Assembly (NCBI GenBank): GCA_015491815.1
Contig: WFVC01000038.1
Span: 2,095-66,094, forward strand
Reading direction: 5' to 3'
Length of the DNA: 64,000 nt
Source of the DNA: Gammaproteobacteria bacterium
GTDB taxonomy: Bacteria > Pseudomonadota > Gammaproteobacteria > UBA6429 > Thiohalophilaceae
Shown here: piece by piece, positions 31,223 through 40,396 of the stretch
Numbering within the stretch: position 1 is the stretch's first letter
How the letters are laid out: each line of letters opens with the position of its first letter
The notes under the pieces: generated by a model
Told to the model about the DNA's origin: nothing
The model's input: only the letters and a program-made list of their open reading frames with translations
Databases searched by the model: none
Made by a program: the position numbers and the translations under genes

Positions 31223-31921
31223 ATGCCACAACAACTCACAATAAATCGCCTGCATGTTTACAGTCTGCTCATTCTGTTAAGCATTGTTTCTCCATTACAG
31301 ATAACCAACGCCGCACCCGGCGTCTCTGCATCCGGACCGACACCGGGAAAATATTGCCCGGCGCCGGGCATTCTTCTCATCACCGCTGAAGATCTCTCTT
31401 CCAGTCTGGATCTCGCTATGCGTTCACGAACCGCGCTGGAAAGAAAAGATCGGGTGGAAACCCTGAACACCTTAACTGCAATCGGTGGCATTCTTCAGCA
31501 GGCGGCCGGTCGTGGCGCGAGCGCGCGCACGGCTTTGTTAATCGACAGTATTATTTTTGCCCGCCCCAATGAAGACAATGAACACCTGTTAACCTGGTTT
31601 CCCATGCTGCATACCGCTCTGCTTGCTCTGCCGGATGAGCCTGCGCCACGCGCCGCCGATGAGGCTGTGAGCCGCGCCGAGGAAATATTACAGGGTGATC
31701 GCAAAGGCGATGTTCTGGATGAATTAAAAGAAGCGCGTCACCTTCTGCGCTGCGATGGCCTCAACCTGCCCTTACAGGCAGCCATCGTGGAACAATCCCG
31801 TCTGTTTTTTAAATTTCAGGATCACAGCAAACCTCTGACCACGAAAGATTATGAAAAAATTCTCGAATCACTGCGCAACGCAATTAACTTTATTCTGGAA
31901 CAAACTAGCAATGTTGATTAA
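31223..31921 (+). CDS. Hypothetical exported protein (232 aa)
   Basis: The ATG at 31223 follows GGAG. It has a signal peptide (LLILLSIVSPLQITNAAP) and the rest is helical. The track ORF (from 30887) is an out-of-frame read-through of the pta 3' end. Confidence 0.55.
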   Translation: MPQQLTINRLHVYSLLILLSIVSPLQITNAAPGVSASGPTPGKYCPAPGILLITAEDLSSSLDLAMRSRTALERKDRVETLNTLTAIGGILQQAAGRGASARTALLIDSIIFARPNEDNEHLLTWFPMLHTALLALPDEPAPRAADEAVSRAEEILQGDRKGDVLDELKEARHLLRCDGLNLPLQAAIVEQSRLFFKFQDHSKPLTTKDYEKILESLRNAINFILEQTSNVD

Positions 31922-31965
31922 AGGCATAACGATGGCCTGTTTTATTTTTATAAGGAAACCTTCTC

Positions 31966-32898
31966 ATGTCTAATCTATTTCGTTTACCTATCCGATTCAG
32001 AACCCTGCTTATCCTGTCTGGCCTTATTTTGTTTTTGACCATATCCCCAGTAATGGCCAATGAGGAAATGGCGCAACCGAATTTGACGCTCAGCGGCTCA
32101 ACCAGCCTCGCCAACCTCATCAGCCTGTGGGTCGATGCTTTTCGTCTGCGCTATCCGGAAGCGGCGTTTATTGTCGCAGATTCAGGCAGCGCCGTCGGCA
32201 TGGAGGCATTGCTCAATGGCAGCGCTGACGCTGTGCTGCTCAGTACGCCATTGCATGAATATCAGCAACAGCGTTTTCTCGATCGTTATGGCTACGCACC
32301 CACACTCATTCCCGTCGCTCACGACGGCGTCGCCATCTTCGTTAATAAGCTCAACCCATTGGCGCAAATTAGTCTGCCTCAACTTGACGCTGTTTTTTCC
32401 CGCACCCTGCGTTGTGGCGAGAACAAGGCCATCCGTAGCTGGCGTGGACTGGGATTAAAGGGTGAACTTGCACAAAAGCCAATTACCACGGTCGGACTCA
32501 GCGCCGACACTGGAGCCTATTATCTGTTTCGCAAAGAAGCGCTGTGCGGTGGTGATTTTCGCACCGATTTTCAGGCTATAGCCGGTCCCGGTGGAGTACA
32601 GGCCGCAATTAGCCACAATGCTGCCGCTATCGGTTTTGCCGGCAGCGCACAGGACAACCCCGAACTACGCACCGTTGCCGTCGCCAGAGATAAAGCTGGG
32701 AAGGCTGTTCTTCCAACGCCGGAGGCCATTCGCAGTCAGCGTTACCCGCTTGCCCGCACCCTGTCGATTGCCTACAACCTGCCACCGGAGCACGCTATGC
32801 CGCCGCAGCTGAAAACCTTTATTGAATTTATTCTGTCAGTCGATGGTCAGGATATTGCGGCCGAAGCCGGTTATGTCAGATTGGCGGAACCACAATAG
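31966..32898 (+). CDS. PstS-family phosphate-binding periplasmic protein (orphan, with no pstCAB nearby)
   Basis: It has a signal peptide and the sequence GSTSLANLISLWVDAFRLRYPEAAFIVADSGSAVGMEALLNGSADAVLLSTPL, typical of PBP_like_2/PstS proteins. Confidence 0.7.
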   Translation: MSNLFRLPIRFRTLLILSGLILFLTISPVMANEEMAQPNLTLSGSTSLANLISLWVDAFRLRYPEAAFIVADSGSAVGMEALLNGSADAVLLSTPLHEYQQQRFLDRYGYAPTLIPVAHDGVAIFVNKLNPLAQISLPQLDAVFSRTLRCGENKAIRSWRGLGLKGELAQKPITTVGLSADTGAYYLFRKEALCGGDFRTDFQAIAGPGGVQAAISHNAAAIGFAGSAQDNPELRTVAVARDKAGKAVLPTPEAIRSQRYPLARTLSIAYNLPPEHAMPPQLKTFIEFILSVDGQDIAAEAGYVRLAEPQ

Positions 32899-32971
32899 CC
32901 ACAGAGCAGTGCCCTGATTGATAAAGCTGCTTTGCCGTCGTTGATTTCACTATTTTTAAAGGACCAATACC

Positions 32972-35413
32972 ATGACTAACAAAGCCTCTTATATTCGCTG
33001 GTTCAGTGAACTGGGCATCGATGATGTGCCACTGGTTGGCGGCAAAAACGCCTCACTGGGCGAGATGTATCAAACCTTAATTCCCAAAGGCATACGCATT
33101 CCCAATGGTTTTGCCATCACCGCCGACGCCTATCGTTACATGCTCGAACAGGCCGGCGCCTGGGACGCCCTGCATGAAACGATGAACGGACTGGATCCGA
33201 ATGATGTAGACGATCTGGCCCGGCGCGGCGCCCGGGCGCGAGATATCATTTACAGCGCCGGACTGCCGGAGGATCTGCAGCAGGAAATTTTACAGGCCGC
33301 CCGGCAATTAAAGGAGGAGTATGGCGAAGGCCTCAGTCTGGCGGTGCGCTCCTCCGCCACCGCCGAGGATCTGCCCACTGCCAGTTTCGCCGGCCAGCAG
33401 GACACCTATCTTAATATTTCCGGCGACGCTGCCTTGCTGGACGCCTGCCGCCGCTGCTTCGCCAGCCTGTTTACCGATCGCGCCATTCACTATCGCATCG
33501 ATCAGAATTTTGATCACTTCAAGGTGGCGCTGTCCATTGGCGTGATGAAAATGGTGCGTTCCGATCTGGCCGCCAGCGGCGTCATGTTTTCACTCGATAC
33601 CGAGACCGGCTTTCGCGACGTGGTTTTCATTACCGGCAGTTACGGTCTGGGGGAAAACGTGGTGCAGGGCGCAGTAGAGCCTGATGAATTTTATGTGCAT
33701 AAACCCACTTTCGCACAGGGTCACCGAGCGGTGCTGCGCCGCCATCGGGGCGGCAAGGCGATCAAAATGATCTACGCCGGTGGTCATACCCGCGAGGCGA
33801 CCCGCAACATTCCCACCCCCGAACCGGATCAACTACGTTTCTGCATCAATGATGAAGACGTGCTGCAACTGGCTGACTACGCCATCAAAATCGAGCAGCA
33901 CTACAGCGATCAGGCGGGACACGCCAAACCCATGGACATGGAGTGGGCCAAAGACGGACTCGATGGCAAACTGTATCTGGTGCAGGCGCGGCCGGAGACC
34001 GTCGCCTCACAGCAGCAAGGCAGCATACTGGAACAGTTTCATCTGCAGGGCAGCGGCAAAATCCTCACCCGCGGTTACGCCATCGGCGCCCGCATCGCCC
34101 ACGGTAGAGCGCGCTATATTGTCGATGTCGCCCATCTGCATGAGTTCCAGCCCGGCGAGGTGCTGGTGGCGGATACGACCACCCCCGACTGGGAACCGGT
34201 GATGAAAGAAGCCGCCGCCATTGTCACCAATCACGGCGGGCGCACCTGTCACGCCGCCATCATTGCGCGGGAATTAAATATCCCCGCCGTAGTGGGCTGT
34301 GGCGACGCTACCGACAGCATCCCCGACGATGAGATGATCACCGTCTCCTGCGCCGGCGGTGACGAAGGCCGGATCTATCAGGGCGAAATTCCCTTCAAGG
34401 TTGAACGCACCGATCTGTCCGATCTGCCCCGCCCCCACACGCAAATCATGATCAATCTGGGCAATCCGGATCTGGCCTTCTCCACCCGCTTCCTGCCCAA
34501 CGACGGCGTGGGTCTGGCGCGGCTGGAATTTATTATCAACGAATATATCAAGGCCCATCCCATGGCCCTGCTGCATCCTGATCGGCTGGAAGATAACAAT
34601 GAGCGCAAGGCGATTGAAACCCTGATCCATGGCTACAAAGACGGCGCGGAATTCTTTATTCAGAAATTATCAGAGGGTGTAGCCACCATCGCCGCCGCCT
34701 TCTGGCCCAAACCGGTGGTGGTGCGCATGTCGGATTTCAAAACCAATGAATACGCCACCCTGTTGGGCGGCCGTGGTTTTGAACCGGAGGAAGACAACCC
34801 CATGATCGGCTTTCGCGGCGCGGCCCGCTACACCCATCCCGCCTATGCCGAAGGCTTCGCGCTGGAATGCGCGGCCATGAAACGGGTGCGCGACGACATG
34901 GGCCTGAGCAATGTAAAACTGATGATTCCCTTCTGCCGCCGAGTGGAAGAAGGCGAACGGGTGTTGCAGGCGATGGCGGAGCATGGTCTGAAACGTGGCG
35001 ATAACGATCTGGAAATTTATGTTATGTGCGAAATCCCCAACAACGTGATCCTGATCGATCGTTTCGCGCAACTGTTCGACGGCTTCTCCATCGGCTCCAA
35101 CGATCTCACCCAGCTCACCCTCGGCGTGGATCGAGATTCGGAGATCGTCGCCTTCGATTTTGATGAACGCGACGAGGGCGTGAAAGAAATGATCCGCCTG
35201 GCGGTGGAAGGCGCGCGGCGCAACCAGCGTCACTCCGGCCTCTGCGGTCAGGCGCCGTCCGACTATCCGGAAATGGCCGAATATCTGGTCGAGATCGGCA
35301 TCGATTCCATGAGCCTGAATCCGGACACCGTGCTCGCCACCACCCGCCATGTGCTCGAAGTCGAGAAAAATCTCGATGCCCGTCTCCAGGCCCGTAAAGG
35401 AAAAGCATCATGA
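32972..35413 (+). CDS. ppsA: Phosphoenolpyruvate synthase (pyruvate, water dikinase)
   Basis: It contains VGGKNASLGEM, the phospho-His region GGRTCHAAIIARELNIPAVVG and a C-terminal PEP-utilising TIM domain. Confidence 0.95.
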   Translation: MTNKASYIRWFSELGIDDVPLVGGKNASLGEMYQTLIPKGIRIPNGFAITADAYRYMLEQAGAWDALHETMNGLDPNDVDDLARRGARARDIIYSAGLPEDLQQEILQAARQLKEEYGEGLSLAVRSSATAEDLPTASFAGQQDTYLNISGDAALLDACRRCFASLFTDRAIHYRIDQNFDHFKVALSIGVMKMVRSDLAASGVMFSLDTETGFRDVVFITGSYGLGENVVQGAVEPDEFYVHKPTFAQGHRAVLRRHRGGKAIKMIYAGGHTREATRNIPTPEPDQLRFCINDEDVLQLADYAIKIEQHYSDQAGHAKPMDMEWAKDGLDGKLYLVQARPETVASQQQGSILEQFHLQGSGKILTRGYAIGARIAHGRARYIVDVAHLHEFQPGEVLVADTTTPDWEPVMKEAAAIVTNHGGRTCHAAIIARELNIPAVVGCGDATDSIPDDEMITVSCAGGDEGRIYQGEIPFKVERTDLSDLPRPHTQIMINLGNPDLAFSTRFLPNDGVGLARLEFIINEYIKAHPMALLHPDRLEDNNERKAIETLIHGYKDGAEFFIQKLSEGVATIAAAFWPKPVVVRMSDFKTNEYATLLGGRGFEPEEDNPMIGFRGAARYTHPAYAEGFALECAAMKRVRDDMGLSNVKLMIPFCRRVEEGERVLQAMAEHGLKRGDNDLEIYVMCEIPNNVILIDRFAQLFDGFSIGSNDLTQLTLGVDRDSEIVAFDFDERDEGVKEMIRLAVEGARRNQRHSGLCGQAPSDYPEMAEYLVEIGIDSMSLNPDTVLATTRHVLEVEKNLDARLQARKGKAS

Positions 35414-36720
35414 ACCGATCCTTCAGTATCGAGCAAATTCAGGCCCGCCAGATCCTCGATTCGCGCGGCAATCCAACCGTCGAAGTCGAGTGCCGGTTAA
35501 GCGATGGAACATGCAGCCGGGCAGCGGTGCCTTCCGGCGCGTCCACCGGCAGTCTTGAAGCAGTCGAACTGCGCGACGGTGACGCCTCATGCTTTGGCGG
35601 CAAAGGCGTGTTGAAAGCCGTCGCCAATGTCAACGATATCATCGCCCCGGCCCTGCTCGGGAAGGACGCTCGGCGACAGGCGGCCATCGATGCAACCATG
35701 ATTAGCCTGGACGGCACCCCCAACAAAGCCCGGCTCGGGGCCAACGCCATTCTCGGCGCTTCCCTGGCTGTCGCGCGCGCCGCCGCCGATGCCTGCGGTC
35801 TGCGCCTGTACCAGTATCTCGGCGGGCCGGGCGCAACCCGTCTGCCGGTGCCACACATGAATATTCTCAATGGCGGCGTCCACGCCCACTGGCAGGGTGC
35901 GGATTTTCAGGAATTCATGATCGCGCCTTTCGGCGCGGATAGCTTCCATCAGGCTCTGCAATGGGGCAGCGAAATTTATCATGCCCTGCAGGCGCTGCTG
36001 GTAAAACGGAAACTCACGGTCGGTGTCGGTGATGAAGGTGGTTTCGCCCCACATGTGCGCTCCAACGAAGAGCCGTTTGAAATGATCATCGCAGCCATCG
36101 AACAGACGGGCCTGCGCCCCGGACAGGATGTCGGCATCGCCTGCGATCCCGCCTCCAGCGAATTCTTTGCAGACGGACTCTACCACCTGCGCACGGAAAA
36201 ACAGCAACTCGACGCCAATGGCATGGTCGCCTACTACGAAAAACTCAGCGACGCCTATCCGCTGGTCTTACTGGAAGACGGTATGGCGCAGGACGACTGG
36301 GACGGCTGGAAACATCTGAATCAGGCCATCGGCGGGCGCATCGAACTGGTCGGCGACGATCTGTTCTGCACCAACCCGGCAATCATCGCCCGCGGCATCG
36401 AAGAAGATGCCGCCAACGCGGTGCTGATTAAACTCAACCAGATTGGCACTCTGACAGAAACCATCGCCGCCACCCGGCTGGCTCGCAACCACGGCTGGGG
36501 CGCATTCGTCTCCCACCGCTCGGGGGAAACCATCGACAGCTTTATCGCCGATCTGACGGTGGCGCTGGATACCGGCCATCTGAAAACCGGCGCACCGGCG
36601 CGCGGTGAACGGGTGGAAAAATACAACCAGTTGCTGCGCATCGAAGAACACCTCGGCGACGCCGCCCGCTATGCCGGAGCCGACGCCTATTGCCGACGTC
36701 CCGAACAGGCCGGAGGCTGA
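35410..36720 (+). CDS. eno: Enolase
   Basis: It contains ARQILDSRGNPTVEVE, SGASTGS.EA.ELRDGD and IKLNQIGTLTET. Its start overlaps the ppsA stop (ATGA). Confidence 0.9.
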   Translation: MNRSFSIEQIQARQILDSRGNPTVEVECRLSDGTCSRAAVPSGASTGSLEAVELRDGDASCFGGKGVLKAVANVNDIIAPALLGKDARRQAAIDATMISLDGTPNKARLGANAILGASLAVARAAADACGLRLYQYLGGPGATRLPVPHMNILNGGVHAHWQGADFQEFMIAPFGADSFHQALQWGSEIYHALQALLVKRKLTVGVGDEGGFAPHVRSNEEPFEMIIAAIEQTGLRPGQDVGIACDPASSEFFADGLYHLRTEKQQLDANGMVAYYEKLSDAYPLVLLEDGMAQDDWDGWKHLNQAIGGRIELVGDDLFCTNPAIIARGIEEDAANAVLIKLNQIGTLTETIAATRLARNHGWGAFVSHRSGETIDSFIADLTVALDTGHLKTGAPARGERVEKYNQLLRIEEHLGDAARYAGADAYCRRPEQAGG

Positions 36721-36723
36721 ACA

Positions 36724-37407
36724 ATGGGACGCCTGACGCTGATCCGCCACGGCCAGTCGATCTGGAACCTGCAAAATCGGTTCACCGGCTGGATCGATGT
36801 TTCCCTCAGTGAACAGGGCGCAGAAGAAGCGCAGCGCGCCGCCGCCCTGCTCGCCGAGCAACACTTCGATCGGGCTTTCACTTCAAGCCTGCTGCGGGCG
36901 CAGGACACGCTTTATGAAATTCTCAAACAGAATCGCTACTGCAATCACTATCTGCGCATCCACGAAACCGGCCGCGAATGGTATGAGCATTTCAAACCAA
37001 CTGAAGAAGATGAGTCGGAACTGAAAATCTATATTTCAGAAAAACTGAACGAACGCTATTACGGCGATCTACAGGGGCTGAACAAGGACTGGGCCAGAAA
37101 ACACTTCGGCGCGGAACAGGTGCATCTATGGCGGCGCAGTTACGACACCCCACCGCCCAACGGCGAAAGTCTGGCCATGACCGCAGACCGCACCCTGCCC
37201 TACTTCCAGTCACACATTGTTTCTCCCCTGCAACACGGCGAACATGTACTGGTTTCTGCGCACGGCAATTCCCTGCGCGCCATTATTATGCAGCTCGAAC
37301 ACCTGAGCGCGGAACAGATCCTGACCTATGAATTGAAGACCGGCGCCCCCCATATATACGAAATCGATGAGCAGATGCAGATTATGGAGAAACACATACT
37401 CAGCTGA
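36724..37407 (+). CDS. gpmA: 2,3-bisphosphoglycerate-dependent phosphoglycerate mutase
   Basis: It contains LIRHGQSIWNLQNRFTGWIDV, LNERYYGDLQGL and SAHGNSLRA. Confidence 0.9.
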   Translation: MGRLTLIRHGQSIWNLQNRFTGWIDVSLSEQGAEEAQRAAALLAEQHFDRAFTSSLLRAQDTLYEILKQNRYCNHYLRIHETGREWYEHFKPTEEDESELKIYISEKLNERYYGDLQGLNKDWARKHFGAEQVHLWRRSYDTPPPNGESLAMTADRTLPYFQSHIVSPLQHGEHVLVSAHGNSLRAIIMQLEHLSAEQILTYELKTGAPHIYEIDEQMQIMEKHILS

Positions 37408-37461
37408 GAAATATTTAATTTCTATTTTGGAGGTAATTCCCCACAACCTGCCACATCATCG

Positions 37462-37542
37462 GTACGGCTTCTACCCTTCGGGTGAAATACCCGGCAGGGT
37501 GCACAGGTGAGCCGTACATGTTCGATTGAAATCGAACCTACA
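37462..37542 (+). repeat. REP-like hairpin doublet (locus R2), with the first unit expanded
   Basis: GTACGGCT...AGCCGTAC encloses extra small hairpins. It is followed by GTTCGATTGAAATCGAACCTACA. Confidence 0.65.
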
Positions 37543-37585
37543 GAAGTCGCTTATTAAGCCTAACACTCTGAACAGGAGATAAAAC

Positions 37586-38602
37586 ATGGAATACGCAAAC
37601 CAACTTGAAAGCACCATCAATGACATGGTGCAAAAAGGCCGCGGCGTCCTCGCCGCCGATGAAAGCGCACCCACCATCGCCAAACGCTTCAAGGCCATCG
37701 ATGTTGAATCCACCGAGGAAAACCGGCGCGCATGGCGCAGTCTGCTGGTGACGACTAAAGGTCTGGGCGAATACATCAGCGGCATTATTCTATTCGAGGA
37801 AACGCTCAGCCAAAAAACCGATGATGGGCAAACTATTCCCGAAGCCGCCTGGGCGCAAAACATCGTCCCCGGCATCAAGGTTGATAAAGGTAAAGTTCCG
37901 CTGGCCCTGTCGCCCGGCGATCTGATCACGCAGGGTCTCGACGGGCTGGCCGATCGTCTGCGAATTTATAAGCAACAGGGTGCGCGCTTCGCCAAGTGGC
38001 GTGAAGTTTATAGCATCGACAAACACGCACCGACACAACATGGCATCAAAGCCAACGCCGAAATGCTGGCTCGTTACGCCGCCGCCTGTCAGGCCGAAGG
38101 ACTGGCGCCGATTGTGGAGCCGGAAGTGCTGATGGATGGCAGCCACGATATCAATCGTCATGCCGAAGTCACCGAGGCCGTACAGCACGCCGTATTCCAT
38201 GCCCTGCACCGCCATCACGTCGTACTGGAACTGATGATTCTCAAACCCAACATGGTGCTGCCCGGCAAGGACTGTCGTCGGGCCGAACCCGATGAAGTCG
38301 CAGCAGCGACATTGAAGGTGTTAAAGCGCACTGTGCCGGCGGCGGCGCCAAGCATTAATTTTCTCTCCGGCGGTCAAGGGCCGGAAGAAGCCACCGCCAA
38401 CCTCAATGCGATTAACCAACAGGGAGCCGACGCCCCCTGGAATCTGACTATTTCCTACGGACGCGCACTGCAACAAACCGCGCTGCAGGCCTGGCGGGGT
38501 AAAAAAGAAAATCTGGCTGCCGCACAACAGGCGCTGCTCAAACGCGCGCGCCTGAATCATCTGGCCATGCTCGGTGAATACCAGCCGGAAATGGAATCCT
38601 GA
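37586..38602 (+). CDS. fba: Class I fructose-bisphosphate aldolase
   Basis: It contains GVLAADES..TI.KRF and the Schiff-base lysine context LELMILKPNMV. The 338-aa length is typical of class I FBA. Confidence 0.9.
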   Translation: MEYANQLESTINDMVQKGRGVLAADESAPTIAKRFKAIDVESTEENRRAWRSLLVTTKGLGEYISGIILFEETLSQKTDDGQTIPEAAWAQNIVPGIKVDKGKVPLALSPGDLITQGLDGLADRLRIYKQQGARFAKWREVYSIDKHAPTQHGIKANAEMLARYAAACQAEGLAPIVEPEVLMDGSHDINRHAEVTEAVQHAVFHALHRHHVVLELMILKPNMVLPGKDCRRAEPDEVAAATLKVLKRTVPAAAPSINFLSGGQGPEEATANLNAINQQGADAPWNLTISYGRALQQTALQAWRGKKENLAAAQQALLKRARLNHLAMLGEYQPEMES

Positions 38603-38637
38603 AACCGGGCAATCATTTTGGACGCTTAACTGAAGAT

Positions 38638-38653
38638 TGTCATCCAGGTTGCA
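38638..38653 (+). promoter_or_regulatory. Operator-like site S5: TGTCATCCAGGTTGCA
   Basis: It lies 36 nt after the fba stop and upstream of the APC permease/H+-ATPase genes. A REP doublet and MITE copy C lie between the site and the permease ATG. Confidence 0.55.
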
Positions 38654-38687
38654 TCTTTGCTTCTGCGAGTCAGGCACGATTAATCAG

Positions 38688-38730
38688 GTGCGGCTTGAGC
38701 CGCACTTGTTCGATTGAAATCGAACCTGCA
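38688..38730 (+). repeat. REP-like hairpin doublet (locus R3)
   Basis: GTGCGGCTTGAGCCGCAC followed by TTGTTCGATTGAAATCGAACCTGCA. Confidence 0.7.
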
Positions 38731-38793
38731 ACCAACCCCTCATCAGCTTGCTGCGAGGTGGTTTACTGATTCCCTTTCGGGGACAATAAAAAA

Positions 38794-38930
38794 TAAGGAA
38801 GCTCTGATTAATTCCACCGTTCGTGGTGAGCCTGTCGAACCATGAACGCTAAGTATTGTGAAATCATAATGTTATATGGTTCACCCTTCGACAAGCTCAG
38901 GGCGAACGGAATTAATCAGAGCCTCCATAA
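38794..38930. mobile_element. MITE copy C (137 bp), full length, same orientation as copy A
   Basis: It is near-identical to copy A (TAAGGAAGCTCTGATTAATTCCACCGTTCGTGGTGAGCCTGTCGAACC...GGAATTAATCAGAGCCTCCATAA). It ends 20 nt before the permease ATG. Confidence 0.8.
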
Positions 38931-38950
38931 TCTTTACTGACGAGATAAAC

Positions 38951-40363
38951 ATGCCGGGCGAAAAAAATAACGCAACAACATCTGCTTTGCCAAACGACAA
39001 AAAAATGGGTCTCTGGCAGGTGGTGGCGCTGGCGGTCGGCACCATGGTTGGCGCCAGCATCTTTTCAATTTTCGGACTGGGCGCGCGACTGGCCGGGCCG
39101 AACCTGCCTCTGGTTTTTGTGCTCTCCGGCATCATTGCCCTGCTGGTCGCCTATTCCTATGCCAAACTGGGCAGCCGCATTATCTCTGATGCCGGCCCGA
39201 TTGAATTTATTCTCAAGGGTATAGGTGACGGCCTGCTGGCCGGGGCGCTGAGTTTTTTGTTCTGGCTAACCTATGTTGTCTCCATCGCCCTGTTCGCCAA
39301 AGGCTTTGCCAGCTATCTGCTGCCACTGCTGCATGTCCCGGCTTCACCCTTAATAAAAGACATCGCCGAAGCCGGGGTGGTGCTTGTTTTCCTGATGCTG
39401 GGCTTACTGGGATCTTCTGCGGTCGGCAAGGCCGAGCTGATGATCGTTATTATCAAGCTTTCCATCCTCGGCCTGTTTGTGGCGCTCGGGATCTGGAGCA
39501 TAAAATCTTATCTGGTAACGCCTTCGTTTAGCGCCTCCTCATTGAGGGGCAGCGTTGACGCCATCGCCATCTTTTTTCTTTCCTACATGGGCTTTGGGCT
39601 GGTCACCAATGCTTCTGAAAATATGCAGGCGCCGGAAAAAAATGTTCCCCGCGCTATCTATTTAAGTATTTTAATCGTCAGCCTTGTTTATATTCTGGTG
39701 TCGCTGGTCGCGGTGGGAAACCTGAGCCTGCCTGATCTGATAAAAGCACAGGATAATGCGCTGGCTGTTGCCGCCAAACCTTTCCTTGGTCAGACCGGAT
39801 TTCTGTTAATTTCACTTGGCGCGCTGTTCTCCATTGCTTCGGCGCTGAACGCCACCCTGTTCGGCGGCGCCAACGTCGCCTATGCTCTGGCCAGAGACGG
39901 CGAGCTGCCGCGGTTGTTCAATCGCAAACTCTGGTTCGGCTCCAGTGAGGGACTTTATTTCACTGCCGCCCTCGGTATCGTTTTTGCGCTCATGTTTAAT
40001 TTAAATGGCATCGCCTCGATTACCAGCGGCGTGTTCATGATCATCTATCTCTTTGTGCTTTATTCGCACTGGCGGTTAAAAGATCAATACGGTGGTCATC
40101 CACTGATCATCATTTCAGGCTTTCTGGTTGTCGCGGCCGTCTTTTTATTACTGATGCATTATCAGTGGCGCACGGATCGGGGCAGTTTTTACGGCACCTG
40201 CATCGTTCTCGGCGGCAGCCTGTTGGTGGAACTGATTTACCGCGGCATCAGCAAACGCCGTTTTGTTCTGCGTGAATTGACGCTGTTGAAAAGAGGTGAA
40301 AGAAATCTAAAGGGTGAACTGGATAAAGAAATTAACCAGCTGCGTTCGCACAGAAATGTCTAA
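38951..40363 (+). CDS. APC-superfamily amino acid/polyamine permease
   Basis: About 12 TM helices, with the N-terminal GLWQVVALAVGTMVGASIFSIFG motif. The track ORF start (38876) lies inside the MITE and is rejected. Confidence 0.8.
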   Translation: MPGEKNNATTSALPNDKKMGLWQVVALAVGTMVGASIFSIFGLGARLAGPNLPLVFVLSGIIALLVAYSYAKLGSRIISDAGPIEFILKGIGDGLLAGALSFLFWLTYVVSIALFAKGFASYLLPLLHVPASPLIKDIAEAGVVLVFLMLGLLGSSAVGKAELMIVIIKLSILGLFVALGIWSIKSYLVTPSFSASSLRGSVDAIAIFFLSYMGFGLVTNASENMQAPEKNVPRAIYLSILIVSLVYILVSLVAVGNLSLPDLIKAQDNALAVAAKPFLGQTGFLLISLGALFSIASALNATLFGGANVAYALARDGELPRLFNRKLWFGSSEGLYFTAALGIVFALMFNLNGIASITSGVFMIIYLFVLYSHWRLKDQYGGHPLIIISGFLVVAAVFLLLMHYQWRTDRGSFYGTCIVLGGSLLVELIYRGISKRRFVLRELTLLKRGERNLKGELDKEINQLRSHRNV

Positions 40364-40396
40364 TTCCGATCTCGTATCCACAGAGGAGCATTTGTC

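Noticed and set aside
38876-38950. The N-terminal extension MVHPSTSSGRTELIRASIIFTDEIN of the permease ORF. Related cases are 53930-54073 for the Met-rich protein and the free-standing ORF at 327-584.
   Set aside because: These residues are translated from MITE sequence: STSSGRTELIR recurs in the ORFs starting in copies A and C, and the reverse arm of copy E gives RTAELIRAS. Proper SD-ATG pairs exist downstream at 38951 and 54074.
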